Positions 1-8,479 of a stretch of 40,000 nucleotides of DNA are shown here, one piece after another. A program made the position numbers and the translations under genes. Source of the DNA: Pirellulaceae bacterium (lineage in GTDB: Bacteria; Planctomycetota; Planctomycetia; Pirellulales; Pirellulaceae). The stretch spans positions 221,746-261,745 of the forward strand of contig JAGYIQ010000003.1 of the NCBI GenBank assembly GCA_018402565.1, in the 5' to 3' direction. The notes under the pieces were generated by a model. The model worked only from the letters and a program-made list of their open reading frames with translations, made no database searches and had not been told where the DNA came from. How positions within the stretch are numbered: the first letter of the stretch is position 1; the number at the start of each line of letters is the position of its first letter.

Positions 1-2317
1 GCGGTTGATCCCGCAGTTCAAAGTCCACGCTCAGCCCACGGTACAAACCCACAAAAATCGGCAATTGCAAAAAGACAATCAAGCAGCCACTGAAGGGGTT
101 GTACTTGAAGCGACGGAACAGCTCGCGCTGGGCCAAGCCCTGCTTCTCCAAGTTTTCCGGGTACTTTTCCTTGATCTTTTTCATTTCTGGCGCCAGGGCC
201 TGCATCATCTGGGCGTTGATGACCGCCTTGCGTGAGATGGGCATCATCAACAATCGCACCACGACCGTCAGCAAGATGATGGCCAAGGCATAATTGCCAA
301 TCAGGTAATAGAGTGCGTGTAGCAACCACAGCAGGGGCAGCGAGAACATGCCGAACCAACCGAAGCTGACGGTGTCATCCAAGGCATAGGTCGACAGCAG
401 TTCCGGTCGCTTGGGCCCCGCAAACAGATGGAAGGTCTGACGGTAGCCCGGAGTCGCGGAGACGCTGGGGGCCGCATCTTCCGCCTCGGCCGCGTCTGGC
501 TCCCCTGCCGCTGGGCTGGGGGGCAGCGAGACGGTGTTGTAGAGCCGGAAGGAGAGGTCGTGCTTCATCGTGTCTCGACCCTCCAACTTCGCGCCCACGG
601 GGCCAGCGAATCCGCTGTAACAGACGTACGGAGCCGGGCCCGCTGCCGCCTGAGGCGCCGCCTCGTCCGGTGTGGCGGCACCAGCAGCCAGCGCATCAGG
701 AACCACCGCGTCTGGCTGGGCGGTGTCGGGCTGGGCGGTGTCGGACTGGGCGGTGTTGGACTGGGCGGTGGTCGAGTCGCTGGCCGCCGGGGTGGACGCC
801 GGCTTCAGGCCGGTCGGTGTGGTGGCCTGTGGCAACAGGGCACTGGCGAAGTACAGGGTGTCGACCGCGGCGTAACGCACCGTGCGTTCCTCCGCCGAGC
901 TGTCGCGGGGGAAGACCGTGAACACGCCGTTCTTGTCCACCTCGGTGTCGATTTCCGCCCGGCCGTAGAATTGGTACGGACGCGCCGCGGTGCTGGTGAC
1001 CACGTCGCGAGCACCGGCCGAGTAGCCAATCTTCCAAAAGCCGCCGTGCAATTTGATCTGGTACCACCAGCCTTCAATCGATGTGGCGACGGGGCCACCG
1101 AGACGGTAGGCCACATCCAACGCTTCATCGGTCTGGTTGTACAGGTCGACTTCCATTTCTACGTGATAGCCGGCCACCGCCGGGTCGTGACGCTGTTCGG
1201 CGGCAACCCGCGGCAAACGAAACCGCTTGACCACCACCACCGCCCCGTCGCGAGCGCCCGCCGGTTCCGCGGCGCCCGGAACGTCGGCTTCCGGAGCCAA
1301 CACCGCGGTCAAGGCTTCCGAGGTCTTGAGCAGCCGGCGGTAAACCGCCCGAGGCAAGCGGTAAGTGAACTCGACGCAGTCGCGGCCGTCGGCATCCACG
1401 TACTGCCGCCCCTCCCAATTGTCCTGTTGCATGGCCAGGTCCAATTCCTGCCAGCCCGCCAGCCGCGCGTCCTGCAAACTGAAGTCCAAGGTCCCGGGGT
1501 ACTCCTGGTCGCTGACCTTTTCGCTCAGGTTGCGATACTCGGGCCCCAACATCTGCTTGGGTCGATCCATCAAGGTCGCTTGAACGGTGTACTCGCTCCA
1601 ACCCGCAGCCATTGCCGGTGTTTCGGCGGTTGTTTCGGCCGGTGTCTCCGCGGCTGCTTCGGCCGCGTCCCCGTTCGTGGCCGCGTCACCTGCCTGGGAA
1701 TTTTCGCTCAGTGCCGCGTCGGCGGCGGTGGTTGCCGGAATGGGGGCGGCAGCTCCGCTACGACGAGCCAATTGGACGGTCACCGCCTGCCCGGGGAGGG
1801 TCTGTCCCAAGAAATTCTGCAGGTCAAAATCGCTGCGGATGGGCTGTTGGTCGATGCTCAACAAACGATCGCCGACTCGGACCGGCAGCGGCGCGTCTCC
1901 CTGGGCGACGGCGGTGGTCAAGGGACTGCCCGACGGCAGAGCGCCAATCAAGCAGCCCGTGGCATCGGCCTGCAATTCGAGATACCCTAAATATCCCGAT
2001 TTATTCTCGACTTCACGCGTCAGAAACCGACCTTTGGCATCTCGCTGAACCAATTCGATCCGCCGCACGCCGGCCCCACGACTGTCCAACGTCACCAACA
2101 AGCAGTCGCTGCCCGCCGTGTCGAGCGAACCCAACGTGAAGAACTGCCGCGGGTTGTTGGTCGGATGTCGCCGCGGCGCGTCCTCGGCGACGTCCAATCC
2201 TTGCTCCAAGTTGGCGTCGGGTTTGGGTTTCCGCAAACCGAAAGGATCGGCAATTTGCAGGAAAAAAAAGACCGCCAGAAATAACATCATGGTCGTAAAG
2301 AGACGTCGATTATCCAC
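1..2317 (-). CDS. yidC: Membrane protein insertase YidC (C-terminus cut by the window edge; very long periplasmic domain)
   Basis: This gene is absent from the ORF track because it runs off the left edge. My reverse-complement translation is open from GTG 2317 (alternative ATG 2290) down to base 1. It has an N-terminal anchor MMLFLAVFFFLQI. The end reads ...SFGWFGMFSLPLLWLLHALYYLIGNYALAIILLTVVVRLLMMPISRKAVINAQMMQALAPEMKKIKEKYPENLEKQGLAQRELFRRFKYNPFSGCLIVFLQLPIFVGLYRGL, which is the conserved YidC/Oxa1 core (TM2, C1 coiled-coil loop, TM3). Confidence 0.85.
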   Translation of the reverse strand, partial: MDNRRLFTTMMLFLAVFFFLQIADPFGLRKPKPDANLEQGLDVAEDAPRRHPTNNPRQFFTLGSLDTAGSDCLLVTLDSRGAGVRRIELVQRDAKGRFLTREVENKSGYLGYLELQADATGCLIGALPSGSPLTTAVAQGDAPLPVRVGDRLLSIDQQPIRSDFDLQNFLGQTLPGQAVTVQLARRSGAAAPIPATTAADAALSENSQAGDAATNGDAAEAAAETPAETTAETPAMAAGWSEYTVQATLMDRPKQMLGPEYRNLSEKVSDQEYPGTLDFSLQDARLAGWQELDLAMQQDNWEGRQYVDADGRDCVEFTYRLPRAVYRRLLKTSEALTAVLAPEADVPGAAEPAGARDGAVVVVKRFRLPRVAAEQRHDPAVAGYHVEMEVDLYNQTDEALDVAYRLGGPVATSIEGWWYQIKLHGGFWKIGYSAGARDVVTSTAARPYQFYGRAEIDTEVDKNGVFTVFPRDSSAEERTVRYAAVDTLYFASALLPQATTPTGLKPASTPAASDSTTAQSNTAQSDTAQPDTAQPDAVVPDALAAGAATPDEAAPQAAAGPAPYVCYSGFAGPVGAKLEGRDTMKHDLSFRLYNTVSLPPSPAAGEPDAAEAEDAAPSVSATPGYRQTFHLFAGPKRPELLSTYALDDTVSFGWFGMFSLPLLWLLHALYYLIGNYALAIILLTVVVRLLMMPISRKAVINAQMMQALAPEMKKIKEKYPENLEKQGLAQRELFRRFKYNPFSGCLIVFLQLPIFVGLYRGLSVDFELRDQP
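714..773. repeat. 15-bp in-frame tandem repeat x4 inside yidC (encodes TAQ(S/P)(N/D) repeats on the minus strand)
   Basis: Read directly: ctgggcggtgtcggg / ctgggcggtgtcgga / ctgggcggtgttgga / ctgggcggtggtcga. Confidence 0.8.
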
Positions 2318-2386
2318 GATGTGGCTTCCGCATTAAGGATAGGGAGTGCGACCGAATCTGGCGGCCGAGTTCGCTGGGCAGGGGGG

Positions 2387-3607
2387 TTACTTCACCAGTG
2401 CAAAAGTTTCGCATAGGTGCTTGAGGTCGTTCATGAAATTGGCGGCCCCCACGCCGTTGAGGATCCGATGGTCGAATGTCAACGTGAAGGTGACCGCGCT
2501 GTGGAACTTGAACCCCTCGCCTACGGGTACCGGTTGCCAATAGGCTTCGCCCATGGCCAGCGTGGCGACGGCCGGAGCGACAATGGCCGGGATTCCCATC
2601 CGCATGCCAACCTTGCCGATGTTGGACACGGTCAGTGTGGTGGATTGGTCCGCCTGATCTTGGCCGTTGCGAGCCAAGTCGATCTGCCGGACACAGGCGT
2701 CGAAGAAGTCGGCCTGGCTGAGCGTATCGGCGTCTCGTACGACCGCCGTCACCAAGACATCTTCCGGCAAGCTGACCGCGATGCCCAAATTGGTGTGCTT
2801 GTATTGATTGAGGTGTTTGGCATCCGAGGCCAACGAGCTGCGGAGCTTCGGATGCTTCTTCAGGGCCTCCACCACACACCACAGGCTCATAACAAAGCTG
2901 GTCGGGCCACCCGCTTGCCGAGTTTCGGCGCGAGCCGCATCGATGGCCGTCCAATTGACTTCCGTTTGCACGGTGACGGGGATCGTCTGCTGGGCGCTGC
3001 GAGTCATGCGGTAGTTGAGCGTCAACTGATGCCGCGACAGGGGTACCACGTCGTACTTCTCGGAGGCGACGCCAGGGATCGACATGGCCTCGACCCCGCC
3101 GCTGGCGATGAATCGATCGACGTCTTCGGGCATCAGCTTGTTGCCCACCGCGGGGATCTTCTGGGCGACGGCCAACAGCCCCTTCTCCTTCAGATACTTA
3201 CGGGTCCGCGGCGGGATCTTCACGCCGGCCTCGGTCTCCCGCGCCGCCCCACCTTCTTCTTCCTCGTCGTCGCCCGCCGAGCCACCGCCGTCCGTGTCAC
3301 TGGACGGAGCAGGCGCCGCCTGGTCCTCGATCGGCCCATGACCCGCGGACATCACCGCGGTGCCCTCCGCCACTTCCACCTTGGCGATCTCGGTGCCAAT
3401 CGCCAACACCGATCCGGTCTCCACCGTCCATTCGACCAACACGCCATCGTAAGGGGACTCGACATCCGTCGTCGCCTTGTCGGTCTCCATCACGTAGATC
3501 GGCTCATCGCGGCGAATCGTATCGCCAGGCTTCTTTAAGAACTCGACCAGGAGTGCTTCTTGCAAGCCTTCGCCCAACTGCGGGATGAGGATCGGAATGA
3601 CGGGCAT
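2387..3607 (-). CDS. 2-oxoacid dehydrogenase complex E2 component (dihydrolipoamide acyltransferase)
   Basis: The track ORF is 2387..4117, but recognisable sequence begins at the internal ATG 3607. MPVIPILIPQLGEGLQEALLVEFLKKPGD...VMETDKATTDVESP is a lipoyl domain with the lipoyl-Lys in DKA. It is followed by an acidic/Ala linker and a peripheral-subunit-binding-like segment (IPPRTRKYLKEKGL). The C-terminal catalytic domain carries TLTFDHRILNGVGAANF. No E1 or E3 gene is adjacent, so the substrate is unassigned. Confidence 0.85.
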   Translation of the reverse strand: MPVIPILIPQLGEGLQEALLVEFLKKPGDTIRRDEPIYVMETDKATTDVESPYDGVLVEWTVETGSVLAIGTEIAKVEVAEGTAVMSAGHGPIEDQAAPAPSSDTDGGGSAGDDEEEEGGAARETEAGVKIPPRTRKYLKEKGLLAVAQKIPAVGNKLMPEDVDRFIASGGVEAMSIPGVASEKYDVVPLSRHQLTLNYRMTRSAQQTIPVTVQTEVNWTAIDAARAETRQAGGPTSFVMSLWCVVEALKKHPKLRSSLASDAKHLNQYKHTNLGIAVSLPEDVLVTAVVRDADTLSQADFFDACVRQIDLARNGQDQADQSTTLTVSNIGKVGMRMGIPAIVAPAVATLAMGEAYWQPVPVGEGFKFHSAVTFTLTFDHRILNGVGAANFMNDLKHLCETFALVK

Positions 3608-3763
3608 CGGTTGCTCCACGGGGAAAAGCGGGTTGCACGGGGGGGCGACGGCCCCATACCACTCCAGGACCGCTCGGCGAGAAATTCCAGCGACGCTGTG
3701 GGAACGCGGAAAATCGTCCGGAATTTTAATTGCCCTCTGCCAACCATCCAAGGACGGGTAAGG

Positions 3764-3810
3764 CCCCAGAACCAGACCAGCCCCAGAACAGCCCCAGAAC
3801 CAGACCAGCC
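3764..3810. repeat. Short intergenic tandem repeat (ccccagaac(cagac)cag units)
   Basis: Read directly: ccccagaaccagaccag / ccccagaacag / ccccagaaccagaccag, located in the 500-bp gap upstream of the E2 gene. Confidence 0.6.
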
Positions 3811-4113
3811 CAAAACGACAAAAGGCCGCCAAAACCGAAGTCCTGGCGACCTTCTGAAAATCTCTGGCATACAAGCAGCAATGGGAGCTGCTGGGAGAAA
3901 GACCTGTACCAGACGTGCTGAGCACTGCCTGAGCGGCACAGGCCAACCCGTAAAATTGGTCCCTCAGCCGTATTATCCAGAGGCTTGTATTATACCCGCA
4001 CGTCGTCGCACGGCTACACCTAAGTCTATCGGACAAAGCATTCCAACGTGGAATAAATAATCCTTCACGCTGGCATTTTGCCCCGCCGGTCCCCGTTTTA
4101 CTCGATGCGATCG

Positions 4114-5157
4114 TCAATCTTCATTAAAGAACCGCCCCAGCCGCTGAACTTCCTCACCCGTCAAGGCTCGGTCAAACAACATCAACTCGTCCAAATCGCC
4201 CACATAATCCAGCCCCAACATCAATGCGGCCCGCTCCAGATCCCAGGTGAACTGGAGGGGCCGACGAATCGAACCCTGCAATTTCCCGTCGATGTAAAAG
4301 TGACACACCGCCGGTTCGGCCGCGTCGCTGGCGTTGATCCCGGCAAAGGTCCAGGCCACATGGGTCCATCGTTCTCGCGACAGGGGAGCCTGCGGCACAT
4401 GGACCATCGGTCGCTCCGCAGCCGGAATCGTGTCCCAGGCCCGGTCCGTCGGGTTCCAAAACGCGTAATCGGCGAACACTCCCAAGCGAAAGGTGCGGGG
4501 CGAATCGATGTCGAAGTCAATAAAGAACGAGGCATTGTTCCAAGCTTTATCGGTGATTTGGATGGGATCCGAGTAGCCTTCCCCCAGGTCCTCGTCCGGG
4601 CTCAGCCGCAACCACAGCGATACCGTGCCCTGCCAGTCCCGCGGTTGGTAGTCCAGATTGGCCCCCGAGTAGAACAAGACCTGCTTGGACTTGCTGCGGA
4701 AGCGGAGCGCATCGCCGCGGCGACCCTCGCCGGCCAGGATCTCCACGTCCTGCCGAAGTTGACCGGCTTCCTGGGACAGACGCTGCAGGCTGGGAGCCGT
4801 GTACAGCAAACGGTCCTGCCGAGCCACCTTGGCGTCCGTTCCGCCGTCAAACGGCGCATGAAAGTAGAGACTGGACTTGATCGCCTGCCAATCGTCATCG
4901 ACGGGCCCAGCCGATGGCCCAACCGTCAGCTCAGCCGATGGCCCGACCCGGGGAACGCTGGTCGCAGGTTGTTCAGCCGCAGGTTGTTCAGTGGCTGGTT
5001 GCTCAGTGGTGACCTGTGCCATGGTGACTTGTGCCATGGCGGGCAGTTGGATCGCCACAGCCAGCAGGAGCACTGGGACGGCGGCGTGGATGGCGCGAGC
5101 GTCCCACCGAGCCCACGTGCGACGTTGCGGAAGTCGGAATGTGGCCGAATAACTCAT
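4114..5157 (-). CDS. Secreted LamG/concanavalin-A-like lectin domain protein
   Basis: The N-terminus has a signal peptide (AVPVLLLAVAIQLPAMA), followed by MAQVT and TEQPA repeats. The body is beta-rich and ends ...YVGDLDELMLFDRALTGEEVQRLGRFF, the typical C-terminal strand pattern of LamG_3-type domains that are abundant in planctomycetes. The family call rests on pattern only. Confidence 0.6.
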   Translation of the reverse strand: MSYSATFRLPQRRTWARWDARAIHAAVPVLLLAVAIQLPAMAQVTMAQVTTEQPATEQPAAEQPATSVPRVGPSAELTVGPSAGPVDDDWQAIKSSLYFHAPFDGGTDAKVARQDRLLYTAPSLQRLSQEAGQLRQDVEILAGEGRRGDALRFRSKSKQVLFYSGANLDYQPRDWQGTVSLWLRLSPDEDLGEGYSDPIQITDKAWNNASFFIDFDIDSPRTFRLGVFADYAFWNPTDRAWDTIPAAERPMVHVPQAPLSRERWTHVAWTFAGINASDAAEPAVCHFYIDGKLQGSIRRPLQFTWDLERAALMLGLDYVGDLDELMLFDRALTGEEVQRLGRFFNED

Positions 5158-5455
5158 GGCTTGTCCTCTCGGTGTGCGGGTCGGGACCCCCAGGTTTGAC
5201 GGCGAGCGTTGGCCTCCAGCTTACCAACTCCGCGGATTCTTACCAATAATCCGTCTGATACAGCGAATGCACCTGGAATCCGACATTTCCTTCCTCCGTC
5301 GGCGGCTGGATTGTAGACAGATGGTTCCTCCACAGACTAGGCTTAACACTTCGGCGCGGTTTCACCGACGTCCGGCGGGCGACGGTCTGCCGCCTTGGCA
5401 ACGGCCGGAGGACCCGGTGCCCGTTCCTGCTGCAATCGCAAAGCGAATTCGTCGG

Positions 5456-7696
5456 ATGAGGTTTACGTTCCCCAGTGGTTCGACCCCCTTGGAGGGGTAC
5501 ACGATCAAACGCGGCCTGGGCATAGGCGGCTTCGGGGAGGTCTATTTTGCCGTCAGCAACTCCGGTAAAGAGGTCGCCCTCAAGCGAATCGCTCGCAATT
5601 TGGAGGTCGAGCTCCGAGGCGTCCGCCAGTGCCTGAACCTGAAGCATCCGAATCTGATTGACCTGTGGGACATCCAGGTCGACGACCACGGCGAGAGCTG
5701 GGTCGTGATGGAGTACGTGGCCGGCCCCAGCCTGAAGGACGTGATCGCGGACCATCCCACCGGCATGGCACTCGCGGAAGTCGCCTGGTGGTTCCAAGGC
5801 ATCGCGGCCGGCGTGCATTACTTGCACCAAAACGGCATCGTGCACCGCGATCTCAAGCCGGGCAATATCTTTCACGATGACGAAGCCCAATTGGTCAAGA
5901 TCGGCGACTATGGCCTGAGCAAGTTCATTTCATGCTCCCGCCGCAGCGGTCACACCGAGAGCGTCGGGACCGTGCATTACATGGCCCCAGAAATCGGCCG
6001 TGGCATCTACGGGCGCGAGATCGACGTCTACTCGCTGGGGATCATGCTGCACGAACTGCTCACGGGGCGATTGCCCTTCGATGGTGAATCGTCCCAAGAA
6101 ATCATCATGAAGCACCTGACCGCCCTGCCGGACGTGTCGGGATTGGCGCCACCCTTCGCCCAGGTCGTCGTCAAAGCCCTGGCCAAAGACCCAGAACAAC
6201 GGTATCGCAGCGTATCCGAAATGCTGGTCGACCTGCCCGATCCGTTTTGGCCGCCGGCCCTCAAGCGAGCCCAGCCCGCTCCGACAAAGCCTGCCGCGGA
6301 ACAGGCCAGTGCCGCCGCGGAACAGGCCAGCACTACGGCCGCCATGCTCAGCCCTCCGGCAGAAACACCCAACGCCGGCCCGGGATCACCGAGCCCGCTC
6401 TCGGCGGCCGCGGTCGCCTCGGGCACCGGACCGGCCAATCGCACGGTTCCGGCCTTGGGTCGGCATCGCTTCAATCAGCCCCCGGCTCCCGTCGCTATCG
6501 CTCCGTCGGACCTGCCGAACAACGGCGACGCTGCCTCGACGACCCCGACTGCGACTGCGCGAACGGCTGCGGCCTTGGTTGGGTCGACCTCCGCGCCGCG
6601 AGCTCGCCGCGAGGCCGGCGAAGCCAGCTCCGCGGTGCCGATCCAGTTTCGCGAGACCAGCGGGCCCGCGGCCAATCCCCCCGCCGACGGCCCGCTCGTG
6701 TCGCCGCGACTGGGGACAAGCCTGCCCCGCTCGACTCGCCTCGGCCAGACGCCCCCTGTGGGAGCCGGGGCCGAGATCGTATTCGGCGAAGTGAAGTTCC
6801 ACGATGTGGTGGAGGCGGAGATGGTGTTCGGCGAGCCCGTCGGGGCTGCGACCACGATCGCTGGTCCGGCTGCCGCAGAACCGGACGCCACCATGACACC
6901 CGAGATGCTGGGCAAGCGATCGCCGGCGGCGACCGCCTCCGACGCCGCTCCAACGTCGCCGCTGACACTGAGCCAACGCGTGGCCCAGACCAGCAGTCCT
7001 CAGGTTCAAGCCGCTACGACTCAGTACCTCCAACAGATCTCAGGCGCTGACCAGTTGGCCAGCCTGTTGGGAGGCATGTTGACCGCCTCGGTGGTCACCG
7101 CCGTGATGGCGGCCGCCTGCTTTTACACGGAGTCCGGCCGCGCTGGGGTCCCCAGCCAACGCGAAGATCTGCTGGCGGTTTCCCTCTGGTGGTGGATCTC
7201 CGCCTTCGCCACGACCTGGGGTGTGCTGTCGATCTCCCGCCTGTGGTCAGCCGCGGATCGGCAAGTCGGCTGGCGCCGCTGGACCCTGCTGCCGCTGGCC
7301 GTCGCCGTCGGCGGTTTTGCTTGGGGCTCGGCCCAGGCTTTGGCGATCGACTTCTCCCCGATCCAGGCCCGCACCAATTACTTTGACCAGGGCCTGCTCG
7401 GCTCCCTGCTGTTCACCGATCATCAACCTGGACTGAGTGGCTTCCTCCTGTTCTTCCTCGGGCTGCTGGCCGGCGGGGCCTGGTTCCGACAAACCAACCC
7501 ATTGCGAGTCCACTGGGTCCACTGGGGCTGGGTGTTGCGAGCCGCAGCCTTGGGCCTGCTCCTGTCCCCGCTGGTCAATTTCGACTGGTCGTCCGCCGCC
7601 ATGTTGGGAGCGTCCGTTTCGCTGGCAACGCAATTGTCGGCCCCGTACTTTTCCGACCGTCAACGACTCGCGGTCCAACGCTTGGCCGGAATTTAG
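5456..7696 (+). CDS. Membrane-bound Ser/Thr protein kinase (Hanks type) with a Pro/Ala-rich linker and a polytopic C-terminal domain
   Basis: Kinase motifs are present: GIGGFGEVYFAV (G-loop), VALKRI (catalytic Lys), HRDLKPGNIF, IGDYGLS (DFG variant) and VHYMAPE. These are followed by about 330 aa of low-complexity P/A/S/T sequence and at least 6 hydrophobic helices (e.g. LTASVVTAVMAAACFY, AVSLWWWISAFATTWGVLSI, FLLFFLGLLAGGAWF). The start is uncertain: in-frame candidates are 5267, 5324 and 5456, and the track start 5156 would overlap the divergent LamG gene. Confidence 0.85.
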   Translation: MRFTFPSGSTPLEGYTIKRGLGIGGFGEVYFAVSNSGKEVALKRIARNLEVELRGVRQCLNLKHPNLIDLWDIQVDDHGESWVVMEYVAGPSLKDVIADHPTGMALAEVAWWFQGIAAGVHYLHQNGIVHRDLKPGNIFHDDEAQLVKIGDYGLSKFISCSRRSGHTESVGTVHYMAPEIGRGIYGREIDVYSLGIMLHELLTGRLPFDGESSQEIIMKHLTALPDVSGLAPPFAQVVVKALAKDPEQRYRSVSEMLVDLPDPFWPPALKRAQPAPTKPAAEQASAAAEQASTTAAMLSPPAETPNAGPGSPSPLSAAAVASGTGPANRTVPALGRHRFNQPPAPVAIAPSDLPNNGDAASTTPTATARTAAALVGSTSAPRARREAGEASSAVPIQFRETSGPAANPPADGPLVSPRLGTSLPRSTRLGQTPPVGAGAEIVFGEVKFHDVVEAEMVFGEPVGAATTIAGPAAAEPDATMTPEMLGKRSPAATASDAAPTSPLTLSQRVAQTSSPQVQAATTQYLQQISGADQLASLLGGMLTASVVTAVMAAACFYTESGRAGVPSQREDLLAVSLWWWISAFATTWGVLSISRLWSAADRQVGWRRWTLLPLAVAVGGFAWGSAQALAIDFSPIQARTNYFDQGLLGSLLFTDHQPGLSGFLLFFLGLLAGGAWFRQTNPLRVHWVHWGWVLRAAALGLLLSPLVNFDWSSAAMLGASVSLATQLSAPYFSDRQRLAVQRLAGI

Positions 7697-7730
7697 CGCC
7701 AGGACCGCGCCCCCAAACGCATCAGCCAAC

Positions 7731-8339
7731 ATGACGCTCCAACGATTTCTGCCGTTTGCCTTGAACTTTCGCGCTGGCGTTTCGCCGCTTGGGTGCTGCA
7801 GCCTGCTGATCGCCGCCGCGACCTTGGTCCTGGGCGGAGCGCAGAACGTGTCGGCCGGACCCACGGCAATTGCTCCAGAGAGCGATTGGGCGGCAACGAA
7901 CCCCACGCCCGCAGCGACCATCACGGCCTTCCACCAAGAAACGGCTGACCAGGGCAAGAGAACCCAGGAAACCAGCAACGGCGGAGCGAGTGACAAGGAT
8001 ACGAGCCCCACAGAGACACGCCCCACGCAGACAAGCCCCACGGAGACACGCCCCACGCAGACAAGCGACAGCGCGGCGAGTGACGAAGGCGCTGTCCCAC
8101 CGGCCAACGTCCCACCGGCCACCCTTGCGCCAGCCAACGTTACGCCAGCCAGCGTGCGGCCAACGTTGCGCCGGCCAACGCTGCGCCGGCCACCGTTGCG
8201 CCGGCCACCGTTGCGCCGGCGGACGTGCCGTTGGAGAGTCGCGAAAGGGTCGTGCGGACCATTCGCTTTGCGGTGGTGGTTGTGGCAACCTTGCTGGCCA
8301 TGTTCTCCACCGTGGTCCTGCTCAAGATCAATCGCCTGA
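7731..8339 (+). CDS. Signal-peptide, Thr/Pro/Ala-rich repeat protein. The frame-0 reading probably represents the N-terminal part of a frameshifted gene (see 8225..8470).
   Basis: The internal ATG 7731 lies 34 nt after the kinase stop. MTLQRFLPFALNFRAGVSPLGCCSLLIAAATLVLGGAQNVSA is signal-peptide-like. It is followed by TSPTETRPTQ x2 and PANV/PATL repeats. After about 8155 the frame degenerates into RPTLRRPTLRRPPLRRPPLRRR. Confidence 0.45.
   Translation: MTLQRFLPFALNFRAGVSPLGCCSLLIAAATLVLGGAQNVSAGPTAIAPESDWAATNPTPAATITAFHQETADQGKRTQETSNGGASDKDTSPTETRPTQTSPTETRPTQTSDSAASDEGAVPPANVPPATLAPANVTPASVRPTLRRPTLRRPPLRRPPLRRRTCRWRVAKGSCGPFALRWWLWQPCWPCSPPWSCSRSIA
8004..8057. repeat. 27-bp in-frame tandem repeat x2 (SPTETRPTQ)
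   Basis: Read directly: agccccacagagacacgccccacgcagaca / agccccacggagacacgccccacgcagaca. Confidence 0.8.
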
Positions 8340-8470
8340 CGCACGGCAAGTACATGGGGCGGCTGTGGTGGGTCGGGATCGCCTTGGTGGTCGGTTGGTT
8401 ACTTGCCGGCTGGCTCTGGGCTTGGAACAATGACTTCTGGGCCAAGTGGCTGGACGGACCTCTTTTGTAA
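8225..8470 (+). CDS. Two-TM membrane anchor segment. It is probably the C-terminal part of the 7731 gene, read in a different frame.
   Basis: The track ORF has a GTG start. RTIRFAVVVVATLLAMFSTVVLLKI and LWWVGIALVVGWLLAGWLWAW are clear TM helices. Upstream of 8225 the same frame is open and reads AANVAPANAAPATVAPATVAPADV, which continues the PANV/PATV repeat of the 7731 ORF. The ORF ends 9 nt before the sigma factor start. Confidence 0.4.
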   Translation: MPLESRERVVRTIRFAVVVVATLLAMFSTVVLLKINRLTHGKYMGRLWWVGIALVVGWLLAGWLWAWNNDFWAKWLDGPLL

Positions 8471-8479
8471 GCGTGGCTA

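Noticed and set aside
428-1990. 520-aa plus-strand ORF (plus 1587..2048 and 1612..2139) across the yidC region
   Set aside because: It lies antisense to the yidC reading frame, which carries unmistakable YidC motifs. The translation is Arg/Gly/Val-rich nonsense typical of shadow ORFs in high-GC DNA.
3958-3982. THI-box (TPP riboswitch)-like words on the minus strand (cucuggauaauacggcugagggacc) upstream of the E2 gene
   Set aside because: The CUGAGA-like and GGAUAAU-like elements are in the wrong order and spacing relative to the TPP riboswitch consensus, and the P1/P2/P4 pairings cannot be drawn.
5156-5455. N-terminal 100-aa extension of the kinase ORF
   Set aside because: A start at 5156 would overlap the start codon of the divergent LamG gene and leave no promoter space. 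The extension has no kinase-related sequence. The exact start remains uncertain.
7247-8344. 365-aa minus-strand ORF (and 7722..8288) opposite the kinase 3' end and the repeat protein
   Set aside because: The translation consists of mirror images of the plus-strand repeats (RRNGGRRNGG, VCVGRVSVGL). The plus-strand reading has a signal peptide and TM helices and fits the operon spacing.
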